NCBI GenBank assembly: GCA_035266225.1
Contig: DATFNV010000336.1
Location: 134-64,133 of the forward strand
DNA length: 64,000 nucleotides
Source of the DNA: Gemmataceae bacterium
Lineage (GTDB): Bacteria > Planctomycetota > Planctomycetia > Gemmatales > Gemmataceae
Reading direction: 5' to 3'
The translations under genes were made by a program, and so were the position numbers. The stretch's first letter is position 1. Every line of letters starts with the position of its first letter. This document shows positions 8,245 to 16,900 of the stretch, one piece after another. The notes beneath the pieces were generated by a model. The model made no database searches. It was not told the DNA's origin and saw only the letters and a program-made list of their open reading frames with translations.

Positions 8245-10215
8245 TTAACGGACCGTCTGTCGCACCTTCAGTACCAAGGATTCCTCTGACAACCCATCCA
8301 GCGGCAGGCACTCGGCGCCGAGCGCCTGCGCCAGTTCGGCCCCGCGCCCCAGGCGGACGAATCCCGCATCCGCATCCAGCACCAGCGCCGGCAGCCCTTC
8401 TGCAACCAGTTCCCGCGCCGCCGCGAGCGCCTGCTGCCACGGATCACCGGTCGTATCGGGCAAGGGCACATTGGCCTTGCCGTCGCTTAGCACCACCAGC
8501 AGGGCCGGCACCTCGGGCCTGGCTCGCCGGGCACGACGGACCACCTCGCCGGCCGTGACCAGGGCGTGCGCCAGCGGCGTGCGCCCCCCGGTGGGCAACT
8601 CGCGCAGAGAACGGTCGGCCAACTCCACGCTTCCGGTCGGGGGCAGCAGCACCTCGGCGAGTGGCCCGCGGAAGGCGATGACGCCGACCTCGTCGCGCTG
8701 CTCGTAAGCGCTCTGCAACAGGCCGAGCACCGCCCCCTTAACCAGTTCCATCCGTCGCCGCGCCGCCATCGACCCCGAGGCATCGACCGCGAACAGGATG
8801 AGCGTCCCCGTCCGTCCGGCGCGCTCCTTGCGATGCAGGTCAGCCCGCTCGATCACCGGCCGCCCATCGGCCTGTCCCCCGCGCAGGACGGCGGCGCGGA
8901 TCGTGGCATCGACGGCCAGGTCGGTCGCCTTCTCGTCGGGGACGGCTCGGACGTAGTGACCGCGCTCGCGGGTCGGCGTCGGGTTGCGCCGGCCTCGCGG
9001 CGTCGAGCAGGAGACGCCGGCCGGCGCCGCCACCTCGATCCGCCGTACAGGCTGGGGCGCGGCCGGATCGAAGACACGCTCGCCCTCCATGTTCTCCGCA
9101 TCTTGCGGGGATGACTCGGAAGGCGGCGCCGTCTCTCCTTCCTCCTCCGCGGGCGATTGCAGACGCGCCAAGGAGTCGTCGAGTCGCTGGCGGTCCAGGT
9201 GCGGCTGCTCGAACGGCCGCCGGCGCTGGCGGTGCGGCAGGACCAGCTCCGCGGCCCGCCTGACGTCGTCCGATGTCGCTGCCGTGCGTCCGTCGAGGGC
9301 GGCCAGCGCCCGTGCCGTCTTATGCATCACGATGTCGGCGCGCAGGCCATCGACCTCAAACTCGCAGCACAAGCGGCTGATGACCGCCAGCAGTGCGTCA
9401 TCCAGGACCACGCGCGGCAGCCGTTCCCGCGCCTCCGCGATGCGGCGGCGCAGCAGCTCCTGCTCGCCTTCCCAGCGGGCGGCGAAGGCCGTGGGATCGG
9501 ACTCGAACGCCAGCCGGCGGCGCACCACCTCGGCCCGCACCTCGGGATCGCGCGGGCCAACCACCTCGACCATCAGGCCGAAGCGGTCGAGCAGCTGCGG
9601 CCGCAGGTCGCCCTCCTCGCGGTTCATCGTGCCGATCAGCAGGAACCGAGCCGGGTGCGCGGCCGAGATCCCCTCGCGCTGCACCGTGTTGACGCCGAGC
9701 GCGGCCGCGTCGAGCAGCACGTCCACCAGATGATCGGGGAGCAAATTGACCTCGTCGATATATAGGATGCCGCGGTGCGCCGCCGCCAGCAGCCCCGGCT
9801 GAAAGGCGCGCCGCCCCTCCCGCAGGGCGCGCTCGAAGTCGAGCGTGCCGAGAACGCGGTCCTCGGTCGCTCCGAGCGGCAGGTCGATGAATGGTACAGG
9901 TGCCTCGACGGCACGGCGCTCGGGGATGGCGCCGCAGTGAGGACATTCCGGCCAGGGCGCGTCTGGGTCGCAGCGGAACGGGCAGCCCTCGACCAGGCGC
10001 AGCGGCGGCAGCAGGGCGCGCAGGGCGCGGGCGGCGGTGCTCTTGGCGGTTCCCTTCTCGCCGCGCACCAGCACGCCGCCGATGGCCGGGTAGACGGCGT
10101 TCAAGAGCAGCGCTGTCTTGAGCTGCTCCTGACCGACCAGTGCGCTGAAGGGATATTCCACGGATGACTCCCGCCGCTTGCCGCGACCATTAGGCTCTGT
10201 CTGAGAAATCGCCAT
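8245..10215 (-). CDS. ChlI-ChlD fusion (AAA+ ATPase plus vWA), presumed ATPase partner of CobN
   Basis: ATG 10215 (MAISQTEPNG...). Has a ChlI-like region YPFSALVGQEQLKTALLL..VLVRGEKGTAKST, an acidic/Pro linker, and a C-terminal vWA/MIDAS region LILFAVDASGSM. Confidence 0.85.
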   Translation of the reverse strand: MAISQTEPNGRGKRRESSVEYPFSALVGQEQLKTALLLNAVYPAIGGVLVRGEKGTAKSTAARALRALLPPLRLVEGCPFRCDPDAPWPECPHCGAIPERRAVEAPVPFIDLPLGATEDRVLGTLDFERALREGRRAFQPGLLAAAHRGILYIDEVNLLPDHLVDVLLDAAALGVNTVQREGISAAHPARFLLIGTMNREEGDLRPQLLDRFGLMVEVVGPRDPEVRAEVVRRRLAFESDPTAFAARWEGEQELLRRRIAEARERLPRVVLDDALLAVISRLCCEFEVDGLRADIVMHKTARALAALDGRTAATSDDVRRAAELVLPHRQRRRPFEQPHLDRQRLDDSLARLQSPAEEEGETAPPSESSPQDAENMEGERVFDPAAPQPVRRIEVAAPAGVSCSTPRGRRNPTPTRERGHYVRAVPDEKATDLAVDATIRAAVLRGGQADGRPVIERADLHRKERAGRTGTLILFAVDASGSMAARRRMELVKGAVLGLLQSAYEQRDEVGVIAFRGPLAEVLLPPTGSVELADRSLRELPTGGRTPLAHALVTAGEVVRRARRARPEVPALLVVLSDGKANVPLPDTTGDPWQQALAAARELVAEGLPALVLDADAGFVRLGRGAELAQALGAECLPLDGLSEESLVLKVRQTVR

Positions 10216-10362
10216 CGGGATGCTATACTGCTTGCTTCCCGACCACTGGCTCGCGGGGGGCGAGTCCGAAGTTGAAAACTGTCGTAGGTGAAAGAGGCGG
10301 TCGCGGGATAGCCGCACGCGTGCCGCACGTTCGGCGGCCTATGTGGGCCTACGAACCCCCCA

Positions 10363-13300
10363 TCACGGGTTTCCCGACAGCGCCTGGACGGGCGCCCGGT
10401 CGCCCCGCGCCTCCAGCATCTCCTCACTCTTCAGCAGCGCCTCCCGCAGGTCCGCCAGCGTCTCCGCGCCCGGCGCCGCCCACATCCCCCGTTGCGCCGC
10501 CTCCAGCAACCGCTCGGCCACCGCGTGCAGCGCCCACGGATTACTGCGGGCGAAGAACTCCTGCATGGCCGGGTCCAGGGCGTAGGCCTGCGCCACCTGC
10601 TCGTACATCCAATCCTCCGCCACCCCTGCCGTGGCGTCGTAGCCGAACAGGTAATCGACGGTCGCCGCCAATTCCAGACCGCCCTTGTAGCCGTGCCTGG
10701 TGATACCCTCCAGCCACTTCGGGTTGACGACGCGCGTGCGGAAGACGCGCAGCGCCTCCTGCTTCAGGTCGCGCACCGCCGGCCGCGCCGGGTCGTGCGT
10801 GTCGCCGAAGTAGTGCCGCGGCTGCCGGCCGGTCAGGGCGCGGATGGCGGCAATCATGCCTCCGTGAAATTGGAAATAGTCGTCGCTGTCGAAGATGTCG
10901 TGCTCGCGGTTGTCCTGGTTGTGCAGCGCCACCTGCACCTCGCCCAGCCGCCGGCGGAAGGCGTCGCGCGCGTCCACCCCCTGGGCGTCGGCCGCGTAGG
11001 CGTAGCCGCCCCAGTTGACGTAGGTCTCGGCGAAGTCGGCGTCGTCGCGCCAGTTGCGCTCATCGATCAGCGGCAGCAGCCCCGCCCCGTACGAACCGGG
11101 CTTCGAGCCGAAGATGCGGTAACGCGCCTGCCGCTCCGGCTCCGGCAGCCCGGCCGCGACGTTGGCCGCCAGGTCGGCGAGGTAGTGCTTGCGCACGAAG
11201 TTCCGCTCCGGCGGCTCGTCGAGCAGGACGACCGCCTGCACGGCATCGTCGAGTAATTTGATGAGGTGCGGGAAAGCGTCGCGGAAAAAGCCGCTGATGC
11301 GCACCGTCACGTCGATCCGCGGCCGACCGAGTGCGTCCGGCGGCACCACCTCGACGCCGACGACCCGGCGGTTCTCCTTCTGCCACACCGGCCGCACCCC
11401 GAGCAGCGCCAACACCTCGGCCACGTCGTCGCCGTGGGTGCGCATGGCGCTGGTGCCCCAGGCACTGATGCCGACCGTCTCCGGGTAGGCGCCGGTCTCG
11501 GCGCGGTAGCGCTCCAGTACCTCGCGGGCCAACTCCTGTCCCACCTGCCACGCCGCGGCCGACGGCAGGGCGCGCGGATCGACGGCGTAGAAGTTGCGGC
11601 CGGTCGGCAGGACGTGGGCCATACCGCGCGTCGGCGCCCCGCTCGGCCCGGCGGGGACGTAACGTCCCTCCAGAGCGGCAAGGAGATTCTCGATCTCGTC
11701 CGTCGTCTGCCGCAGCGCCGGCACCAGGCGCTCGCAGACGAAGGACAGCACGGCGCGCACGTCGGCCCCGTCCCCGAGTCCGGGGACCGTGTGTGCGATG
11801 ACTGCCTCCACGGCGTCCGCCCGGAAGTCGTGCCGCTGCAGGAGCGCCAGCAGGTGCCGGCACAGGTCGTCGATGGTTTCCAGCGCGTCGGCGTGCGTCA
11901 CCAGCGGGCGGTCGGCCAACCGGGCGAGCGCCGGCGGCACCACCGCGAGAGGCCGGCCGCGCTCCGCGAGCAGCATGTCGAGGTCGAGCCCAAACAGTCC
12001 GGCCACGGCGGCGCGCAGGCTCGGCACGTCGAGATTGGGGATGCGCGTCAGCGCTTGAAGGAGCCCGACCATCTGCTCGCCCTCGGGCACCTGACCCAGG
12101 ACGTGCAGGCCGTCGCGGATCTGCGCCCCCGCCAGCTCGCACAAATAGCCGTCCAGTTCCTGGACGAGGTGCGACACCTCGCGGCCGCGCATCTGCGCCA
12201 GCGTCACCGGGGTGCCGTCGGCGGTGACGGCGTCGTCCCACTCGTGCGTGTGGCCGTCCTCGCCCTTCTGCATCAGATATTTCAGGTCGTCTTCGAGGTG
12301 GGCGTGCCGGATCAGGTCCCAGATTTGCTGCTGGACCAGCGGCATCTTCGACGGGTCGAGCAACTCCACCTGGTAATACTCGTCCACGAGTTGCATCAAC
12401 TCGGCCAATTCGCCGTGGGCGTCGGCCGTCGTCATCGGCGGCGTCAGGTGGTCGATGATGACGGCGTGGCCGCGGCGCTTGGCCTGCGCCCCCTCGCCCG
12501 GGTCGTTGAGGATGAAAGGGTAGAACAAGGGCAGGTCGCCCAGGAAGGTGTCGGGGTAGCAGTCCGCCGACAACCCGACCCCCTTGCCCGGGAGCCATTC
12601 GAGCGTGCCGTGCTTGCCGAGGTGGACGATCGCATCGGCTCGCCAGACGTCGCGCAGCCAGCGGTAGAGGGCGTAGTAGTTGTGCGGCGGCGGCAGGTCG
12701 GGCTGGTGGTAGATGGCGTTCGGGTCCATGCCGTGGCCGCGCGGCGGCTGCAGGGCCACGAACACGTTGCCGAAGTCGAGGCCGGCCAGGGCGACGTGGT
12801 CGTCGTGGACGTATGCCTCCCCCGGCGGCGCTCCCCATTGTCCCGTCATCTGGCGCCGTTGCCCCTCCGGGAGGTCGTCGAACCAGCGCCGGTACTCGGC
12901 GGTCGAGACACGGCCGGCGGCGTTGGCCAGCTGCCCGGCCGTCAGGAGGGTTTCGTCGTAGGAACAGCGGTCGATGAGCGCGTGGATCAGGGCGTCGCCG
13001 TCGGGGGGCAATTCGCCGACGTGGTAACCGGCGTCGCGCAGTGCCGCCAGGACGTACAGCAGCGAGGCCGGGGCGTCGAGGCCGACGGCGTTGCCGACCT
13101 TCGCCGCCTTGCCCGGCGAGTTGGTGAGGACGAAGGCCACGCGCTTGTCGCGGTTCGGCTTGCGCCGCAGGGCCGCGAAGCGCAGGGCCAACCCCGCCAG
13201 GCGGCTGACGCGGTCGAGCACCGGACGGTAGATTGCAGATTGCAGATTGCAGATTGCAGATTGAGCTTCTGCAATCTGCAATCTGCAATCTGCAATCTGC

Positions 13301-14751
13301 AATCCTGACGTTGGCTCCTTGAAGGAGATGGGCACGGTGATAATTCGACCGTCGAATTCCGGCAGGGCGACGTTCATGGCGGTGTCGAGCGGGTTAAGCC
13401 CGCGCTGCGACGCCTCCCATTGCCAACGGGCGGTGCCGCCGCAGATCGCTTGCAGGACCGGCACGCCAAGGGCGGCGAAGGCGCTCACCGACCAGCCGGC
13501 CGGCGTCGGGCCGTCCGCCCGCACCTCACACACGGCGAAGGAGACGGTCGTGATCAGCACGTCGATCAACGGCCGGCCCTCCGCGACGAACGGCGCCAGG
13601 GCCGCGGGCCAGCGCGCCGCAGCCAGGCCCGGGGGCGGCGCGGTCTCCTCCTTCAGCGAGGCGGTAAAGACGGGGAGGACGTCGGCCCCGCGCGCCTCCA
13701 GCTCGCGGACGCAGGCGTCGATGAAAGCGAGGTTGCCGCTCATCCAGTGCGAGCGATAGAAGAGCAGGCCGATCGCGGGCCGGGCCGGGTCGCGCCGGGC
13801 GAGCCAGTCGGCCAGCGCGGCGCCGCGCGGCAGGTCGGGGTGGTAGACGCCGTGCTGCGGCTGCTCGGCCGGCGGGGCGTAACCGAAGCCGGTCAGCAGC
13901 AGGTGATCGGCCAGGAAGCGCAGCAGATGGGCGAGGTTGTCCGGCCCGCCCGCCTGGAGGTAGGCGGTCGCCTCGTGGACGACGGCCGGCGACACGGTGG
14001 AAGCGGCGGTCAATTCGGGGTCGGGGCTGCCGGTGCCGCTGACGACGAGCAGGTGCTGGCCGCGGGTGCGGGCCGCCTCGGACAGGGCGCGGAAGCCCGG
14101 CACGCTCTGTACCCCGCCCAGCAGGCGCGTCACGACCACGCGCGGCGTCGCCCCGGGCCAGGCCAGGGCGGCGGCCAGGTGCTCCTCGGTCGCCACCTGG
14201 CCCAGGCTCAGCGCCCGCACCGGCGGGAAGCCGGCCGGCAACTCGGCCACGGCCGGCCGTAGGGCCAGCAGGTCGGTGTCGGCGTGCGTCAAGAAGAGGA
14301 TGCCGTCGGCACCGCCCGGCAGGGTCGAGCGCACGGGGGAGTCGGCGTGAGTCCAGGCGTAGTAGGTGAAGACGTACTCGGCCAGTTCCGGCGGCGGCGG
14401 CAGGTAGCCGTCGGCTGCGAGCATCTGGTCGATGTAATCGAAGACGGCCCGGACCTGCGCCTCACCGTTGATCGACTGGAACCAGACCGGCCGGCCGTCG
14501 AAGAAGAGCAGCGCAACGTTCGACAGCGGACACGGCCCCAGACAGCCGCTCATGGTCAGCTGGACGAGTTTGCGAATCTTGCGCTTCTTGTACTCCTCCT
14601 TGTAGAAGTCCACCGGGACGGCGGCGTGGCCGCGGTCGGTTCGGCCGCAGCAGCACCCCTTGGCGCAGACCATCAGGTGGGCACGCTTGGCCACCAGGTG
14701 GATCGGCTTGCCGTCGAGGCGCAGGATGCGGTTGCGTCGCTTGCGGGGCAT
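10363..14751 (-). CDS. cobN: cobaltochelatase large subunit CobN with an extra N-terminal Cys-rich ferredoxin-like domain
   Basis: 1462 aa. The CobN body starts at about [14 protein letters not shown] and runs to the C-terminal ...YEQVAQAY...NPWAL. Residues 1-145 carry CAKGCCCG ... [11 protein letters not shown]. It also contains the in-frame heptamer palindrome at 13230-13305. Confidence 0.9.
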   Translation of the reverse strand: MPRKRRNRILRLDGKPIHLVAKRAHLMVCAKGCCCGRTDRGHAAVPVDFYKEEYKKRKIRKLVQLTMSGCLGPCPLSNVALLFFDGRPVWFQSINGEAQVRAVFDYIDQMLAADGYLPPPPELAEYVFTYYAWTHADSPVRSTLPGGADGILFLTHADTDLLALRPAVAELPAGFPPVRALSLGQVATEEHLAAALAWPGATPRVVVTRLLGGVQSVPGFRALSEAARTRGQHLLVVSGTGSPDPELTAASTVSPAVVHEATAYLQAGGPDNLAHLLRFLADHLLLTGFGYAPPAEQPQHGVYHPDLPRGAALADWLARRDPARPAIGLLFYRSHWMSGNLAFIDACVRELEARGADVLPVFTASLKEETAPPPGLAAARWPAALAPFVAEGRPLIDVLITTVSFAVCEVRADGPTPAGWSVSAFAALGVPVLQAICGGTARWQWEASQRGLNPLDTAMNVALPEFDGRIITVPISFKEPTSGLQIADCRLQIAEAQSAICNLQSAIYRPVLDRVSRLAGLALRFAALRRKPNRDKRVAFVLTNSPGKAAKVGNAVGLDAPASLLYVLAALRDAGYHVGELPPDGDALIHALIDRCSYDETLLTAGQLANAAGRVSTAEYRRWFDDLPEGQRRQMTGQWGAPPGEAYVHDDHVALAGLDFGNVFVALQPPRGHGMDPNAIYHQPDLPPPHNYYALYRWLRDVWRADAIVHLGKHGTLEWLPGKGVGLSADCYPDTFLGDLPLFYPFILNDPGEGAQAKRRGHAVIIDHLTPPMTTADAHGELAELMQLVDEYYQVELLDPSKMPLVQQQIWDLIRHAHLEDDLKYLMQKGEDGHTHEWDDAVTADGTPVTLAQMRGREVSHLVQELDGYLCELAGAQIRDGLHVLGQVPEGEQMVGLLQALTRIPNLDVPSLRAAVAGLFGLDLDMLLAERGRPLAVVPPALARLADRPLVTHADALETIDDLCRHLLALLQRHDFRADAVEAVIAHTVPGLGDGADVRAVLSFVCERLVPALRQTTDEIENLLAALEGRYVPAGPSGAPTRGMAHVLPTGRNFYAVDPRALPSAAAWQVGQELAREVLERYRAETGAYPETVGISAWGTSAMRTHGDDVAEVLALLGVRPVWQKENRRVVGVEVVPPDALGRPRIDVTVRISGFFRDAFPHLIKLLDDAVQAVVLLDEPPERNFVRKHYLADLAANVAAGLPEPERQARYRIFGSKPGSYGAGLLPLIDERNWRDDADFAETYVNWGGYAYAADAQGVDARDAFRRRLGEVQVALHNQDNREHDIFDSDDYFQFHGGMIAAIRALTGRQPRHYFGDTHDPARPAVRDLKQEALRVFRTRVVNPKWLEGITRHGYKGGLELAATVDYLFGYDATAGVAEDWMYEQVAQAYALDPAMQEFFARSNPWALHAVAERLLEAAQRGMWAAPGAETLADLREALLKSEEMLEARGDRAPVQALSGNP
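13230..13305. repeat. heptamer palindrome (AGATTGC)x4 AGATTGA GCTTCT (GCAATCT)x4 GCAATCC inside the cobN CDS
   Basis: Read directly. Translated in the cobN frame as [26 protein letters not shown]. Same unit as the intergenic array at 34729-34830. Confidence 0.95.
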
Positions 14752-14763
14752 GGAGTCCGTGTA

Positions 14764-14825
14764 GCCGCTTGCGGCTTAGCGTTCGCGCCATCCTTCGATG
14801 GCGCGAACGCTAAGCCGCAAGCGGC
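14764..14825. repeat. palindromic element GCCGCTTGCGGCTTAGCGTTCGCGCC-loop-GGCGCGAACGCTAAGCCGCAAGCGGC
   Basis: 26-bp arms. Same family as 42808-42867 and 58159-58218. Lies between the second mini-ORF and the cobN start. Confidence 0.9.
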
Positions 14826-14836
14826 CCCAAAGGGTT

Positions 14837-14962
14837 TCAGGCGCGCTTGCGCGTCAGCCAGCGCGAAAGCAACGACCAGCCGACGAAGAAGCCGGCGGCG
14901 AACAGCACCAGCAGCACCGGAACGTGCTGCGCCTCGACGTGGTGCGCGAAGAGCGGCGTCAT
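14837..14962 (-). CDS. 41-aa single-TM peptide (MTPLFAHHVEAQHVPVLLVLFAAGFFVGWSLLSRWLTRKRA)
   Basis: ATG 14962 is in ATGA overlap with the stop of the upstream mini-ORF. One hydrophobic helix, a His-rich N-terminus and a basic tail. Lies between the B12 riboswitch and cobN. Confidence 0.4.
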   Translation of the reverse strand: MTPLFAHHVEAQHVPVLLVLFAAGFFVGWSLLSRWLTRKRA

Positions 14963-15087
14963 GACGGCCTCCTTTCGCGCAGGGCGGCCAGCCAGCGGCC
15001 GGCGGCGCCGACGACGATCCCGATCAGCAGCACCAGGCCGCACATGAGGATTTCGTCTTCCGGGAGCATTTCGTGCCATCGGTCCAT
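14959..15087 (-). CDS. 42-aa single-TM peptide (MDRWHEMLPEDEILMCGLVLLIGIVVGAAGRWLAALRERRPS)
   Basis: ATG 15087 is preceded by GGGAGGAC 8 nt upstream. It is the first start codon with a Shine-Dalgarno sequence after the riboswitch. One hydrophobic helix and a basic RWL..R tail like its neighbour. Confidence 0.4.
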   Translation of the reverse strand: MDRWHEMLPEDEILMCGLVLLIGIVVGAAGRWLAALRERRPS

Positions 15088-15264
15088 GCGATCGGTCCTC
15101 CCTGGCCGCCGCACGACGGCGGCGAGCCGGCAAACTATGCACCTCGGCGGAACTGGCTGGGGGAGGAAGAAAGGCGGTGGCGAAGTGAGGCCGTCATCGG
15201 CCACGTGAGCCGGTCCGGAGTCCGCACACCGTTGCTCCCGTCCCCTTGCCGCGAGGTTACGTCA

Positions 15265-15400
<136 letters not shown>

Positions 15401-15461
15401 CACTTACCGTAGACGAGTCTATCGAGCGGCCGGACGAAGGCAACGGCGCGGCGCGCGGAAA

Positions 15462-16583
15462 CTAACTGACGGCCGCGGCCACGGCGTTGGAGACGTGCCG
15501 CAAGGACCGATGCGAGTTCTCGTGCGGCTCCGTCGTCAGGAGGAGGCAGAAGGCTTCCCGGTCGGGGTCGATCCAGCAGAGGGTGCCGGTGGCGCCCCAG
15601 TGGCCGTAGGCGCGCGGGCCCGGCAGGTCGCCGAAGTTCTCGGTCCCGGAGGGCCATTGCAGTTTCCAGCCCAACCCCCACGGCCGGCAGCGCCGGTCCT
15701 CTTCCGGGACCAGCGGCATCCCCAATAGCTGGTTCGTCGTCATCGCCCGCACGGCCGCCGGGCTGAGCAGCCGAACGCCCCCCAGCGACCCGCCGTTGAG
15801 CATCAGCCGGCAGAAGACGGCCAGGTCGGCCGGCGACGTGATCAGCCCGCCCCACGGCGCTCCGAAGCCCAGCCAGTACGGCGTGTTCCAGTGCCAGTCG
15901 GTCTTTTCCCGCTCCGCCCCGACCCGGATGACCGCGATGCGCTCCTTCTTCTCCGGCCGCCAGCCGAGCGAGGTGTCCGACATTCCCAGCGGCTCGAACA
16001 CCTCCTTGCGGAGGAAGTCGGCCAGCGCCGTCCCCGTCACCTGGTGGACGATTTCCGCCAGCAGCGCGAAACCCGTACTCTGGTAATTGACCTTGGTGCC
16101 GGGGGGAAATAGCAGCGGCAGTTCGCATGCCTCCTCGACGAAAGCGGCCAGAGGCTTGTGGGCGGCGCGGAGCTTGGCGTCGTTGGGCAGCATGTCCGGC
16201 AGGCCGGAGGTGTGCGTCAGCAGGTGGCGGACCAGCACCGTCTCCTTGCCGCGGCGGCCGAACGTCGGCACCCACTCGACCACCGGGTCTTCCAGGCTGA
16301 GCCGGCCGCGCTCCAGAAGCATCATCACCGCGACGGCCGTCACCGGTTTGGTGATCGAGGCGACGAGGAACAGGGCGTCCTTGCGCAGGGCCGCGGCGGC
16401 GGGGTCCGGGCGCTGCCGGCCGAAGAAGCGCGGCTCCAGTCCGGCCCCCTTGCGGCCCACGCACAGGGCCGCTCCGGGGATTTTGTCCGCCCGCACCGCC
16501 TGTTCCAGCAGATCGCAGACATGCTGAAGTCGCTCGGGGGACAGGCCGATCTCCTCGGCTCGAGCCAGCGGAATGTCCGGCAT
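15462..16583 (-). CDS. serine hydrolase, beta-lactamase/PBP4-like family
   Basis: ORF trimmed to ATG 16583 (MPDIPLARAEEIGL...). S-x-x-K motif in LFLVASITKPVTAVAVMML, followed by LLTHTSGLPD. Confidence 0.85.
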   Translation of the reverse strand: MPDIPLARAEEIGLSPERLQHVCDLLEQAVRADKIPGAALCVGRKGAGLEPRFFGRQRPDPAAAALRKDALFLVASITKPVTAVAVMMLLERGRLSLEDPVVEWVPTFGRRGKETVLVRHLLTHTSGLPDMLPNDAKLRAAHKPLAAFVEEACELPLLFPPGTKVNYQSTGFALLAEIVHQVTGTALADFLRKEVFEPLGMSDTSLGWRPEKKERIAVIRVGAEREKTDWHWNTPYWLGFGAPWGGLITSPADLAVFCRLMLNGGSLGGVRLLSPAAVRAMTTNQLLGMPLVPEEDRRCRPWGLGWKLQWPSGTENFGDLPGPRAYGHWGATGTLCWIDPDREAFCLLLTTEPHENSHRSLRHVSNAVAAAVS

Positions 16584-16746
16584 GGGAACGCCTCTCGTTA
16601 CGCCAGGATGTCGTGGATCGGCTTGCCCCTGGGCGATCACGGAAGGCACGTCAGGGGCGACTGCCTGAATGTACGGCGAGCGGCGCGTTGCTGCAAGCGA
16701 ATGCCGGCGCCGGACTTCCCCATGACACCCCCGTTGGGTTTTCTGC

Positions 16747-16775
16747 TTGACAGACCCCCCGCGGCGGCTGAAAAT
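16747..16775 (+). promoter_or_regulatory. candidate sigma-70-type promoter TTGACA-N17-GAAAAT upstream of the CHAT gene
   Basis: Perfect -35 at 16747-16752, 17-nt spacer, GAAAAT at 16770-16775. Lies 125 nt upstream of ATG 16901. Sequence match only. Confidence 0.35.
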
Positions 16776-16900
16776 CCACCGCCTCTCCCGAAGCGCTCGC
16801 GGCCGACCGAATAGAATCAGGGTGTCCGGGCCGCCCGCGGTTCGCGTTCCTCTGTGTAGAACCCGATGCTGACCCGACCCCGACCTGTGAAGGGACCGCG

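Noticed and set aside
13230-13305. Possibility that the heptamer arrays or palindromes are CRISPR arrays.
   Set aside because: The units are 7 nt and contiguous, or are single inverted repeats. There are no repeat-spacer units of 25-40 nt and no cas genes in the window.
11060-13308. 742-aa (minus strand) and 680-aa (plus strand) ORFs overlapping cobN.
   Set aside because: They are in alternative or antisense frames of a gene with strong CobN motifs. Their translations are Arg/Ala/Gly/Pro-rich with no recognisable motifs, which is typical of high-GC artefacts.
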